Assembly (NCBI GenBank): GCA_016929415.1
Contig: JAFGIW010000099.1
Coordinates: 953 to 64,952, forward strand
Source: Chitinispirillaceae bacterium
GTDB taxonomy: Bacteria; Fibrobacterota; Chitinivibrionia; Chitinivibrionales; Chitinispirillaceae
Reading direction: 5' to 3'
DNA: 64,000 nt
Translations under genes and position numbers: made by a program
The notes under the pieces: generated by a model
The model's database searches: none
What the model was told of the DNA's origin: nothing
Seen by the model: only the letters and a program-made list of their open reading frames with translations
Shown: one piece after another, positions 45,350 to 53,770 of the stretch
Layout of the letters: each line of letters opens with the position of its first letter
Position numbering within the stretch: position 1 is the first letter of the stretch

Positions 45350-47737
45350 ATGAAACGGTTCGTCAGTATACGAACAAAACTCATCTTCAACACCATGCTG
45401 CTGATTACGGCGGCATTCTCGATACTTCTTTCGGTCATCATTGTTTCAAACATCATTACCGTCCGTAAAAACAGCGAAAAATCAAAAACAAATATCCGCA
45501 CTTCTCTTTTGGCAAAAGGCAGAACACTCGCCCAAAACAACAGCATTGCGATGAGGGGAATGGCCGAAGATAATGCTTTCACCGCCATTCGCGATCTCGT
45601 TTCATCGACCGTTGCCGACGATGAGGACGTGGCGTATGGAATCTATATGGACCGGCAGATTATACCGTGGGTATATGCCACCCCGGATAACCCGAAAGGA
45701 ATTCCCCGGTCGAACAACCCCTTGGACGACTCGATTTCCCGATGGGCGGGATCGCTCGAACGACCCGCATTTATAGAGTATGCCGGCGGAAGGACCGCCA
45801 TTATCGAATTTGCAGCTCCGGTTTTTATCGATGATAAAATTCTCGGTCATATCCGTTACGGCATAAGTACCAATTCGATGGAACGATCGATTCGCGAAGT
45901 ACAGGCGGACGGGCGTGCGACACTCAAGCTGCTCATCCTGATCATCCTCTCGACAGGGCTTTTTTCCCTGATCGTGGGTTATGCGGTTGTCAGGCAGCTG
46001 TCGGCGCGGATCACCAGCCCCATCGGTTCCCTGGTAAGCTCGACGAAATCGATTGCCGAAGGCAACTATGACTTGGCCGTCAAACAGGAGAGCAATGATG
46101 AAATAGGCGACCTCGCCGGCCGCTTCGAGACGATGCGCCTAACCATCAAACAGTATACCGATCACCTGCAGGACCTCATCGATGAAAAGATGCGGCAGGT
46201 CAACGACATTCTCAACAATATCGAGCAAGGGCTCTTTACCATCAATCTCGACGGCTCCGTCAACAAAGAATACAGTGCACGCGCCAACTTGATCCTCAAG
46301 GTAAAGGATGTCGCCGCATGTTCCATCAGGGAGCTGTTGCGGTTCGATATGAAACAGGGGGCGGCCTTCCTTCTCTGGCTCGATCTCGTCCGGAAGTTGC
46401 ATAAACAGCAACGGTGGATCAAACTCGCGAAACTGGCACCGGTTCAGCAGATAGAACTGTTTGCCGCACCCGATACATTGGAGAAGAAGTATATCGCCGT
46501 TTCATACCAGCCCATCTGCGACAAGAAGGGCGACCTCGTAAAAGTCATGGTGCTTGCACTGGACGAAACCGAAAAACGGATGAAAGACCAGCAGATGGCC
46601 GCCGAGCGAATGCAACATGAGAGCGAGGTCAAGGCCATACTCAACATCGCCAATACGCCCGCCGAGGAGATCGCCGAATTTACCGAAGATACCTCAAGCC
46701 GCCTCCACGGACTTCGGGCCGAAATCGCGGGCCATCTTTACTGCGTGCGGCGACAGCGCGACAGTCATCCCGCCACACCCCTCTATAGCATCACCAAGGA
46801 GCACGTCGACCGGCTCTTTCGCGATCTGCACACCATCAAAGGCAACAGCGGATCGTACGGATTTGAAATGCTGTCATATTTCGCCCACGAGGCTGAGGAT
46901 CTGCTCGAAAAACTCCGGGAACCGATTCAGGAGCGCCGTGACAACATACTTCACGATATCAACGGACTGCTGGACAGCATGGACCAGTCGCTCGATGATA
47001 TCCACCGGAAGATCAAACTCATTTTCGGCAAGGATGAAGAGATCACGGTGCGCATCCCGGATGCACGAATCAACAACATCGTCGAACTGTGTAAACGCAT
47101 CGAATCGAAGGCGGATGATCCGGAGGTGAGGTCCCTTATCACCGAATGCATTATGCTTTCATGGAAACCGCTCAAGACACTTTTCAGAAAATACCAGAAA
47201 CTCGCCCATAAAACGGCGCGCAAGGTTAACAAGAACATAAATTTCATCATCAATAACGAGACAATGAGTTACCCGAACGACATTCTCGCGGGTCTGGACG
47301 ATGTGCTCATCCATCTGATCCGCAACGCGGTCGATCACGGCATCGAAGAGCCTGGCGTACGTGAAGAGGTGGGAAAAAGCGTCGGGCGGATACAGGTCTC
47401 CCTTGAATGCGGGGACGGAAACCGTATCATCTCCGTCGCCGACGACGGATGCGGTATCGATACCGACCGGGTGGTTGAACGTTGTATCGAAAAAAACATC
47501 ATTACCCGTGAGCAGGCAGGGCGACTTACCCGGGAAGAAAAAATAGGTCTTCTCTTCAAGGGGGGTATTTCAACCGCCGCAACAGTAACCGATATTTCGG
47601 GAAGAGGAATGGGGATGCAGATCATCCATAACAAGGTCGTTGAGCTGAAGGGGACCCTCTCCATCGATTCGCAACTCGGTAAAGGTACGACTTGTACCAT
47701 TTCGGTTCCTGTCGACAAAGAGAAACCACTTTTATGA
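45350..47737 (+). CDS. Sensor-fused CheA-like kinase: TM - periplasmic Cache-like domain - TM - HAMP - PAS-like - HPt(P1) - P3 - P4(HATPase); no P5/CheW domain
   Basis: TM1 LIFNTMLLITAAFSILLSVIIV; TM2 LKLLILIILSTGLFSLIVGYAVV; HAMP ITSPIGSLVSSTKSIAEGNYDLAV..NDEIGDLAGRFETM; HPt DLHTIKGNSGSYGFEML. The CheA-type P4 is LIHLIRNAVDHGIEEP..VADDGCGID..VTDISGRGMGMQII..GKGTTCTISVP. The protein ends 10 aa after the P4 motif. Confidence 0.75.
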   Translation: MKRFVSIRTKLIFNTMLLITAAFSILLSVIIVSNIITVRKNSEKSKTNIRTSLLAKGRTLAQNNSIAMRGMAEDNAFTAIRDLVSSTVADDEDVAYGIYMDRQIIPWVYATPDNPKGIPRSNNPLDDSISRWAGSLERPAFIEYAGGRTAIIEFAAPVFIDDKILGHIRYGISTNSMERSIREVQADGRATLKLLILIILSTGLFSLIVGYAVVRQLSARITSPIGSLVSSTKSIAEGNYDLAVKQESNDEIGDLAGRFETMRLTIKQYTDHLQDLIDEKMRQVNDILNNIEQGLFTINLDGSVNKEYSARANLILKVKDVAACSIRELLRFDMKQGAAFLLWLDLVRKLHKQQRWIKLAKLAPVQQIELFAAPDTLEKKYIAVSYQPICDKKGDLVKVMVLALDETEKRMKDQQMAAERMQHESEVKAILNIANTPAEEIAEFTEDTSSRLHGLRAEIAGHLYCVRRQRDSHPATPLYSITKEHVDRLFRDLHTIKGNSGSYGFEMLSYFAHEAEDLLEKLREPIQERRDNILHDINGLLDSMDQSLDDIHRKIKLIFGKDEEITVRIPDARINNIVELCKRIESKADDPEVRSLITECIMLSWKPLKTLFRKYQKLAHKTARKVNKNINFIINNETMSYPNDILAGLDDVLIHLIRNAVDHGIEEPGVREEVGKSVGRIQVSLECGDGNRIISVADDGCGIDTDRVVERCIEKNIITREQAGRLTREEKIGLLFKGGISTAATVTDISGRGMGMQIIHNKVVELKGTLSIDSQLGKGTTCTISVPVDKEKPLL

Positions 47738-47790
47738 GCAATCCATCAATTTCCTATAAACAGAGAGTACGGCAAAAAGGAGCGGTAGGT

Positions 47791-48171
47791 ATGGGAAGAA
47801 CCGTCGTGATTGTCGATGATTCAAAATTCCTCAGCAAGCAGGTTGTTGAATTTTTTGAAGAGCAACTAGGGTTTACCGTGTGCGCGACCGGTTACGACGG
47901 CAATGAAGCGATTGCCTTGTATCGCAGGCATCAGCCTGATCTTATCACGCTCGACATCACCATGCCGAATAAAACGGGCGCCGAGGCAATGAAGGAGATT
48001 CTTCGAGAATTTCCCGATGCAAACATTCTGATGATCTCGGCGGTACGGGGAGAGGCGATGCTTGAATGCATGAACCGCGGAGCGAAGGGATATATTGAGA
48101 AACCTCTAAAATTCAACGATTCCGCCTTTATCGACGATTTCAAGGAGACGATCCGCGAGATTTTCGGATGA
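47791..48171 (+). CDS. Single-domain CheY-like response regulator
   Basis: MGRTVVIVDDSKFL..PDLITLDITMPNKTG..ILMISAVRG..GAKGYIEKPL. AAAGGAG RBS upstream of ATG 47791. Confidence 0.85.
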   Translation: MGRTVVIVDDSKFLSKQVVEFFEEQLGFTVCATGYDGNEAIALYRRHQPDLITLDITMPNKTGAEAMKEILREFPDANILMISAVRGEAMLECMNRGAKGYIEKPLKFNDSAFIDDFKETIREIFG

Positions 48172-48188
48172 TCGTCCCGGTGACGCAG

Positions 48189-48590
48189 TTACTTCGGCGG
48201 TTCGCGGACGCCGACCGCTTCATTGACCGTTTCAATAAAATCGGCCACGAAATCACCATTGGAAAGCCGGAGCGGCTTTTCAATATATCCTTTGGCACCC
48301 ATCGACAGGCATTGCAGTATGGCGTCGCCGCGTATCGCGGAAATGATGAGCACATTGGCATCCGGGAACTCGTCCAGCAGCTCCTTGAGTACATCCTGGC
48401 CGTTTTTGTTCGGCATTGATAGATCGAGCGTGAGCAGGTCGGGCTTGAATTTACGGTAAAGGTTGAGCGCATCGGTTCCGTCCAGAGCCGTTGCAATGAT
48501 CTTGAAATGGAGCCGGTCGATGAAAAAACGCTCAAGCAGGCCGATGATGTATTTCGAATCGTCGATAATGATAACACTTTTTTCACTCAT
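48189..48590 (-). CDS. Single-domain CheY-like response regulator (paralog of 47791..48171)
   Basis: SVIIIDDSKYI..PDLLTLDLSMPNKNG..VLIISAIRG..GAKGYIEKPL. Confidence 0.85.
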   Translation of the reverse strand: MSEKSVIIIDDSKYIIGLLERFFIDRLHFKIIATALDGTDALNLYRKFKPDLLTLDLSMPNKNGQDVLKELLDEFPDANVLIISAIRGDAILQCLSMGAKGYIEKPLRLSNGDFVADFIETVNEAVGVREPPK

Positions 48591-48629
48591 GGTCGCCTCT
48601 GATCTGGTGATAAGGCATGGTATGCCGGG

Positions 48630-49136
48630 TTATTGCTTTTCAGGAAATTCCTGGAGGTTTTTACGAATGGTGTAGCCGATATAGATCCAGTGCTTCTCGA
48701 CATAGATGTAGCCCTGTATTCCCCAGATGAACGGCAAATAGGACTGGCCGTCGGTGTACAGCACCGGCACCGCCTGGGTCAGTATGCCGAACTCATCCGT
48801 GAATTCCCTTTTATCGGCGATCATCCCCGAATAGGTATTGACGAATTCACCGAGAATGTCCGCCGCCTCTTCGGAACTGATGTCGTCCCTGCCGGTGAAC
48901 GCCGCGAGCGACTCGTGCTGAATGCCGGCGTACATCAATGCGCTGTGCTGCATGTTCGAGCTTCCGATGGTCAGGATCAGATCGAATTTGCTCTGCAACT
49001 GCTCCACCACCTCCCACGGCATGTGCAACGTGCTCTTTTTCGAAAAAAAGACATCAACGCATTCGATGGCCGTTCTGGAGAAGGTATCGGATAACTTGAT
49101 CAGCGTAGTTCGATAGTACTCGGTTCCGTTCATCAA
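48630..49136 (-). CDS. CheX-like domain protein (divergent)
   Basis: 168 aa. ADILGEFVNTYSGMI carries ExxNxxxG, and DLILTIGSSNMQHSALMYAG resembles the CheX beta-strand region. Immediately upstream of a CheY gene. Confidence 0.45.
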   Translation of the reverse strand: MMNGTEYYRTTLIKLSDTFSRTAIECVDVFFSKKSTLHMPWEVVEQLQSKFDLILTIGSSNMQHSALMYAGIQHESLAAFTGRDDISSEEAADILGEFVNTYSGMIADKREFTDEFGILTQAVPVLYTDGQSYLPFIWGIQGYIYVEKHWIYIGYTIRKNLQEFPEKQ

Positions 49137-49256
49137 TGCTCCTTTCCCGAAAGATAGGGTCCAGTGTGTGTAGAGGAATGAAATAAATTACTCAATATAT
49201 AATTCATTTGATTGGTTAAATATTTTCCCCGCATGAAATATACTTTACGTTGCAGG

Positions 49257-49287
49257 AAAAAACAAAGGGCGGGAAATCCCCCGCCCC
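49257..49287 (-). terminator. Rho-independent terminator downstream of the third TonB-dependent receptor
   Basis: The minus strand reads GGGCGGG-GGATTT-CCCGCCC-TTTGTTTTTT. That is a 7-bp all-GC stem, a 6-nt loop and a T-tract, beginning 29 nt after the receptor stop. Confidence 0.8.
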
Positions 49288-49315
49288 GGGTCTTTGTGAC
49301 GATCGGACCGGTGCA

Positions 49316-51889
49316 TTAAAAACTTTTAGTAAACGTAATGCCAAACGTCCGCTGGTCTGTGGAGTAAAGGTCGCGGTTCCCGTAATCGTACATCTGCTCG
49401 GCCCGTAATGTATTGACTGTGTTGCGGTCGGCCTCTATATTCGTAAAATCGTGACGGTCGGTGCCGAGGATGTTGTAAATGTAAAATGATGCCTCAATGT
49501 TTGCCGGTAAAAAGAAACTAAGGCTGGCGTTCCACTTTTTCGACACTTGTGTCATGAAGTAGTCCTTAAAATTCGCTGCATCTTTTTCGTCGTAATAGCC
49601 AAAATAATTACCGGTATCGGCAATGTTATTTGAATTGACACCATTCTCGGTGCTCTGGATTACGGGGCCTCTTCCCGGAAGTCCCCAGATCAGCCGCAGG
49701 TTGGCGTTGATTGAAACCCAGTCGAACGGGGTGATCATAAGGAACAGTTTCGTCATGTTGGTCGGTAGGTTCAGGAAGCTCAACCCGTCATAGGTAACTG
49801 CTCTTTTGACAAGGTTAACCTCATAGTTTAAAGTTTTTTCGGCGATGGGTGACCACATGGTGTCGCCGTTGGAATTAATGCTGCCTACGGTGCCGTAAAT
49901 GGTGTCACCGTTAACGACGGAGTCTTTTTTGAGCTGGTAAAGCTTGAAGGTTATATTTTGTTCGTCAATATTGGTTCTCACCGGTCGTTGGAAGGTATGG
50001 TTGATTCCGGCCTTAAAGTATTTATTCGTATAATTAACGGCAAGATCTGCATTGGCAAACTGATACTGCCCGCAATTGACCACTCTAAAGAGTGTCTGAT
50101 CCCATACATGGAGGTTGCTGACGAGGTTCCACGATAGGGACGGCTCAATAGTGAGTCCTTCGAGTAGCTTTCCTACATAAGTACCTTCTACTGAATGGAC
50201 CCGTTCAGGTTTGAGGCTGTGCATTTCACTTAATTCGGCAGGCTGGACCAGAGAGGAGGTGTCGGTCGGTCTGTCGATCCACGAAACAAATGTTGGCTTG
50301 GTTAAGATGTCTCCCTGGTCGTTGACATGTTTCCGGTTGTATTCATAATTGTCGGCGGAACCGTTGTTCGCGGCCGACTGGTAGATAAGTTTGATCGAAT
50401 GGTTCTCGTTGGGACGATACACGGCCGCCAGTTTCGGGCTGGCAAACGTCGCGCGGGTATGGATGTCGAGGCGTACTCCAGCTTGAGCGCTAATATACTC
50501 GTTGATGTCATAGAAGCCTTCTCCGAAAAGTGAAAAGGTATTATAGTTGATTTTAGAAACGATATAGTGCTTGGCGACCCATAACTGTTCATCCTTGCCG
50601 TTCATACTGTAGCCAATTTCGTCGATGCGGTCCTCGATGCCGAACGCCGCCTGCAGGTTGGTTATTGACTTAAGAAGGAATGTGGCGTTCGCCAGATACC
50701 GTTTTTCGCCGAATGTTTCGATCACACGGCCGTTTGGGTATTGGCGATCGGTATAGTAATGTTCGAGCTGTTCTTCAAGGATACTGGTGGTATTGAGATC
50801 GTAGCTGAGCTTTGTCTTGAGTTCGTTGTCGCCGAGGGGGAAGTTATAGCTTGCTTCCGACATGAAGTTGTCGGATAAATAGAGTTTCATCGAATTTCTC
50901 CAGTTGTTTCTCCCCCCCCAGAACGGATCGGTTGGCGAAACATACCTATTGCCATCGATTTCACGACTTCGCCAGTACTTTGCGGAGTCAACCGGAAGTG
51001 TTGGAAAAACCAGTTCCGCCCATGGCGCTAGGCAAAAGTAGCTAGCGGTAGTCTCCTTCTGCCGCGTACCACGCATGTAGAAATTGAATCTGTTGGCCGT
51101 GACATCGGCGGCAAGTTTCCAGTTGCCGTCGGTGGAGCCATAGCGGCCGTCGGAGGGAACGCCAAGGCTGTTGGGGGTGGTACCGGCACGGGAGTATACT
51201 CGTGTCGCACTCAAAGGGAAACCATCGCTTTGTTTGTAACCGCCCGTAGCGGCAAATGAAATTCCTTCAACCGGATTACCGTACAGATTGCCCTCAATTG
51301 ACTTCGAACCGTCACCACCTGCCGTAACGGTTGCCGTACTCTTGTTGCCTTCACCCTTACGGGTGACGACATTGATGATGCCGGCGATCGCACCGCTGCC
51401 GTAGACGAGGCCTGCGGGACCGCGCAGCACCTCGACACGTTCAATATCGCCAAGAAGTCCGAGTACTGTTTCACCCTGAAACCCGTCACGCGCCTGGGTG
51501 TTCATTTTATGGCCATTGACGCAATAGATGACTTTCGTGTTGCGGTCGTTGGCCACTCCGCGCATGGCCCAGACGGTGCCGTAATATTTGTTCATATTGT
51601 AAATAAATCCCGGCACATAGATCTCGAGCAGCTCCGACATGTGCCGCGCCCCCGACGCCCGCACCATCTCCCTGGTGATGATCGTCATGCTCAGCGGCGA
51701 CTTCATTAGATCGAGTTCCAGAAACGATCCGGTGGTGATCTCCATGGTGAGCAGATCGCCGAGCGAGAGCTCGTCAAGCAGGGCCGGTTCAGCTTCCACC
51801 GACTCATCCGCCGCCAATACGACGTTGTGCCACGGCAGGCCTGAGGACAACACGGTTAACAATGCAGTGACGAAAATAGTACGAACCAT
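49316..51889 (-). CDS. TonB-dependent outer-membrane receptor (copy 3, distinct subfamily, 857 aa)
   Basis: Signal peptide; plug motifs LSMTIITREMVRASGARHMSELLEIYVPG and IERVEVLRGPAGLVYGSGAIAGIINVVT; C-terminal ..GITFTKSF. Confidence 0.85.
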   Translation of the reverse strand: MVRTIFVTALLTVLSSGLPWHNVVLAADESVEAEPALLDELSLGDLLTMEITTGSFLELDLMKSPLSMTIITREMVRASGARHMSELLEIYVPGFIYNMNKYYGTVWAMRGVANDRNTKVIYCVNGHKMNTQARDGFQGETVLGLLGDIERVEVLRGPAGLVYGSGAIAGIINVVTRKGEGNKSTATVTAGGDGSKSIEGNLYGNPVEGISFAATGGYKQSDGFPLSATRVYSRAGTTPNSLGVPSDGRYGSTDGNWKLAADVTANRFNFYMRGTRQKETTASYFCLAPWAELVFPTLPVDSAKYWRSREIDGNRYVSPTDPFWGGRNNWRNSMKLYLSDNFMSEASYNFPLGDNELKTKLSYDLNTTSILEEQLEHYYTDRQYPNGRVIETFGEKRYLANATFLLKSITNLQAAFGIEDRIDEIGYSMNGKDEQLWVAKHYIVSKINYNTFSLFGEGFYDINEYISAQAGVRLDIHTRATFASPKLAAVYRPNENHSIKLIYQSAANNGSADNYEYNRKHVNDQGDILTKPTFVSWIDRPTDTSSLVQPAELSEMHSLKPERVHSVEGTYVGKLLEGLTIEPSLSWNLVSNLHVWDQTLFRVVNCGQYQFANADLAVNYTNKYFKAGINHTFQRPVRTNIDEQNITFKLYQLKKDSVVNGDTIYGTVGSINSNGDTMWSPIAEKTLNYEVNLVKRAVTYDGLSFLNLPTNMTKLFLMITPFDWVSINANLRLIWGLPGRGPVIQSTENGVNSNNIADTGNYFGYYDEKDAANFKDYFMTQVSKKWNASLSFFLPANIEASFYIYNILGTDRHDFTNIEADRNTVNTLRAEQMYDYGNRDLYSTDQRTFGITFTKSF

Positions 51890-51987
51890 GATTCGCGCTC
51901 CTTTGTTGAAGGGGTATAAGGTATCGTTATCGTCTATTGCCCAACCGGTTTTCCGGCTGTATTCGTAGCATGAACGATATTATCCGA

Positions 51988-52983
51988 TTATTTCAATTTT
52001 TTGTCAATGCTCTTGAGTTTCTCGTCGGAAACAGTAAATCTCTTTTTCGCCTGCAAGAGGTTGATTATTTTGTAGACCGCAAGCGGCGGGTCGACGCGAT
52101 GTTCTTCACACACCCAGTTGTTGTCCTTTATTTCATAGACCATTCCCGCAGCCTGGCTTCCCAGCGCGACATGGTCGGGGAGCACGGCGAAAGTACCGAA
52201 ATTCAGTTTCGGATTTACCAGCACTTCAACGCCGACAATCACCGGCACCTTATATTTCTGGGTTGCGGGCATCCAAACCCTCCTGATGATGTTCGCTTGC
52301 AGGAGTGCGTTGTCGTTGGGCACCCAGAGTGCATCGATCCCGCGGCTATCGAGTCCCTTGAGGGCGTTCTTGATCAGCGGTCCGTATGCATTGCTTTTAT
52401 CCGGTAAAGCCTTATTGACGATTTCGATTCCTTCGCGTTTACAGAATTGACTGTTTTTTTCCACAAAATCCATTAAAAACTCCCGGTGAACGACGCCGAC
52501 CTTTTTTATCGGTATCCCCAGGACGGAACGCAGGCTGACGACGCTGGTGACGATGGGCACCTCATAGGAGATTCCGCAGGCGTTTTTCAAATCGGCGATG
52601 GCCTCTTTGATCATTACTCCCATGATCGCGATCGAAGGAATCATCGTTGCCGTTTCAGGGAGTGTCGATTGATACTTTCTGAACAGAGCGATCGCAGCGT
52701 TATCCATAAGGACCACAAGCTTCGGTTGATGCGAATGGATCAATTCGGTAAACTCATTGACAGAGCATTTCTTGTCGATGATACGCTCCCTCACTTCAAA
52801 GTCACCGCGCAGTTCATCCTTTAAACCGCGGAACGCATCTTCGAAATCCTTCCCCTCCTGTCGGAAGGTCAAAATGACCTCGGCGGCGACAGCCGTACCA
52901 ATGTTCATGAAGATCATGAATAAAGCAATTACTTGGACTTTAATCGTTCCCGGTTGACGTCCCGTACGTTTGATTACTTCCAT
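51988..52983 (-). CDS. Periplasmic substrate-binding protein, PF04392-like (paralog of 36195..37190)
   Basis: VGVVHREFLMDF..DALWVPNDNALL..VIVGVEVLV..NFGTFAVLPDHVALGSQAAGMV parallels the other copy. The hydrophobic N-terminus is IKVQVIALFMIFMNIGTAVAA. Start taken at ATG 52983. Confidence 0.6.
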   Translation of the reverse strand: MEVIKRTGRQPGTIKVQVIALFMIFMNIGTAVAAEVILTFRQEGKDFEDAFRGLKDELRGDFEVRERIIDKKCSVNEFTELIHSHQPKLVVLMDNAAIALFRKYQSTLPETATMIPSIAIMGVMIKEAIADLKNACGISYEVPIVTSVVSLRSVLGIPIKKVGVVHREFLMDFVEKNSQFCKREGIEIVNKALPDKSNAYGPLIKNALKGLDSRGIDALWVPNDNALLQANIIRRVWMPATQKYKVPVIVGVEVLVNPKLNFGTFAVLPDHVALGSQAAGMVYEIKDNNWVCEEHRVDPPLAVYKIINLLQAKKRFTVSDEKLKSIDKKLK

Positions 52984-53669
52984 TGGTCCACCTCGAACAG
53001 CGCACAAAGTTTCTTGTCGGCTTTTTTAAGCGCGCCGACCGTTTTATCGGCATTTCCGTTGTTTTTCACGCCAAGTGCGATAATGCCTGTTGTAGCCCCG
53101 GAAAGGGGTTTAACGGTGAATTCCAGGTTTGACGTTGACCTGAAATAGTTGACAAACACATCTTCAACAAGAATAGCGTCGGCCATATTGAAGGTCAGCA
53201 GCGGCAACAGGTCTTCTATTTTGGTAACCCGCTTGAGTTTCGGCTCCGCGGGGAAAAAATGACCGATAAACGACTTCATTCCGGTCCTGCCCAGTACGTC
53301 GATCGCCCCTATCGTTGTCTGGGCGTTGACGGCTTTCGGATCGATCGGGGCGTTGATCGACATGATCACGTATGTTGCCCCGGTCTTTCCTTTCCTCACG
53401 CCGTTAAGTACAATGGTATAGTTGCCCATCTGCTCGATAAGCGCGGGTTTGCTCAGTACCGCGTCGGGAGGTTCAGCCGCGACCTTTTCACTCATATCGA
53501 TGCAACGGCCGAAGACGGTCACCGAAACGCCGTTGAAATGTTCCTGCATTTTCTCCTGAACCGTCTGTGGCCGTGCGGTGGTGGGATAAAAAACATAGAG
53601 CTTTTCCTGTGCGAACGTACTGCTTGCTGCAAAGATAAACCCCATGAATGCCGTTATTACGTATTTCAT
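52974..53669 (-). CDS. Secreted/periplasmic protein of unknown family (possibly a type-2 binding-protein fold)
   Basis: Signal peptide MKYVITAFMGFIFAASSTFAQE, followed by alternating beta/alpha-like sequence (LYVFYPTTARPQTVQEKMQEHFNGVSVTVFG..PDAVL). No motif I can name. Confidence 0.4.
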   Translation of the reverse strand: MKYVITAFMGFIFAASSTFAQEKLYVFYPTTARPQTVQEKMQEHFNGVSVTVFGRCIDMSEKVAAEPPDAVLSKPALIEQMGNYTIVLNGVRKGKTGATYVIMSINAPIDPKAVNAQTTIGAIDVLGRTGMKSFIGHFFPAEPKLKRVTKIEDLLPLLTFNMADAILVEDVFVNYFRSTSNLEFTVKPLSGATTGIIALGVKNNGNADKTVGALKKADKKLCALFEVDQWK

Positions 53670-53770
53670 TGCCGATACGCTGCCCATTCTTTACACAGAA
53701 CACATACTGATCGTTACCGCGTGCCGATCCGCGCTCCGTAAAACGGTTTGAGTATATAATCTCTTATCGT

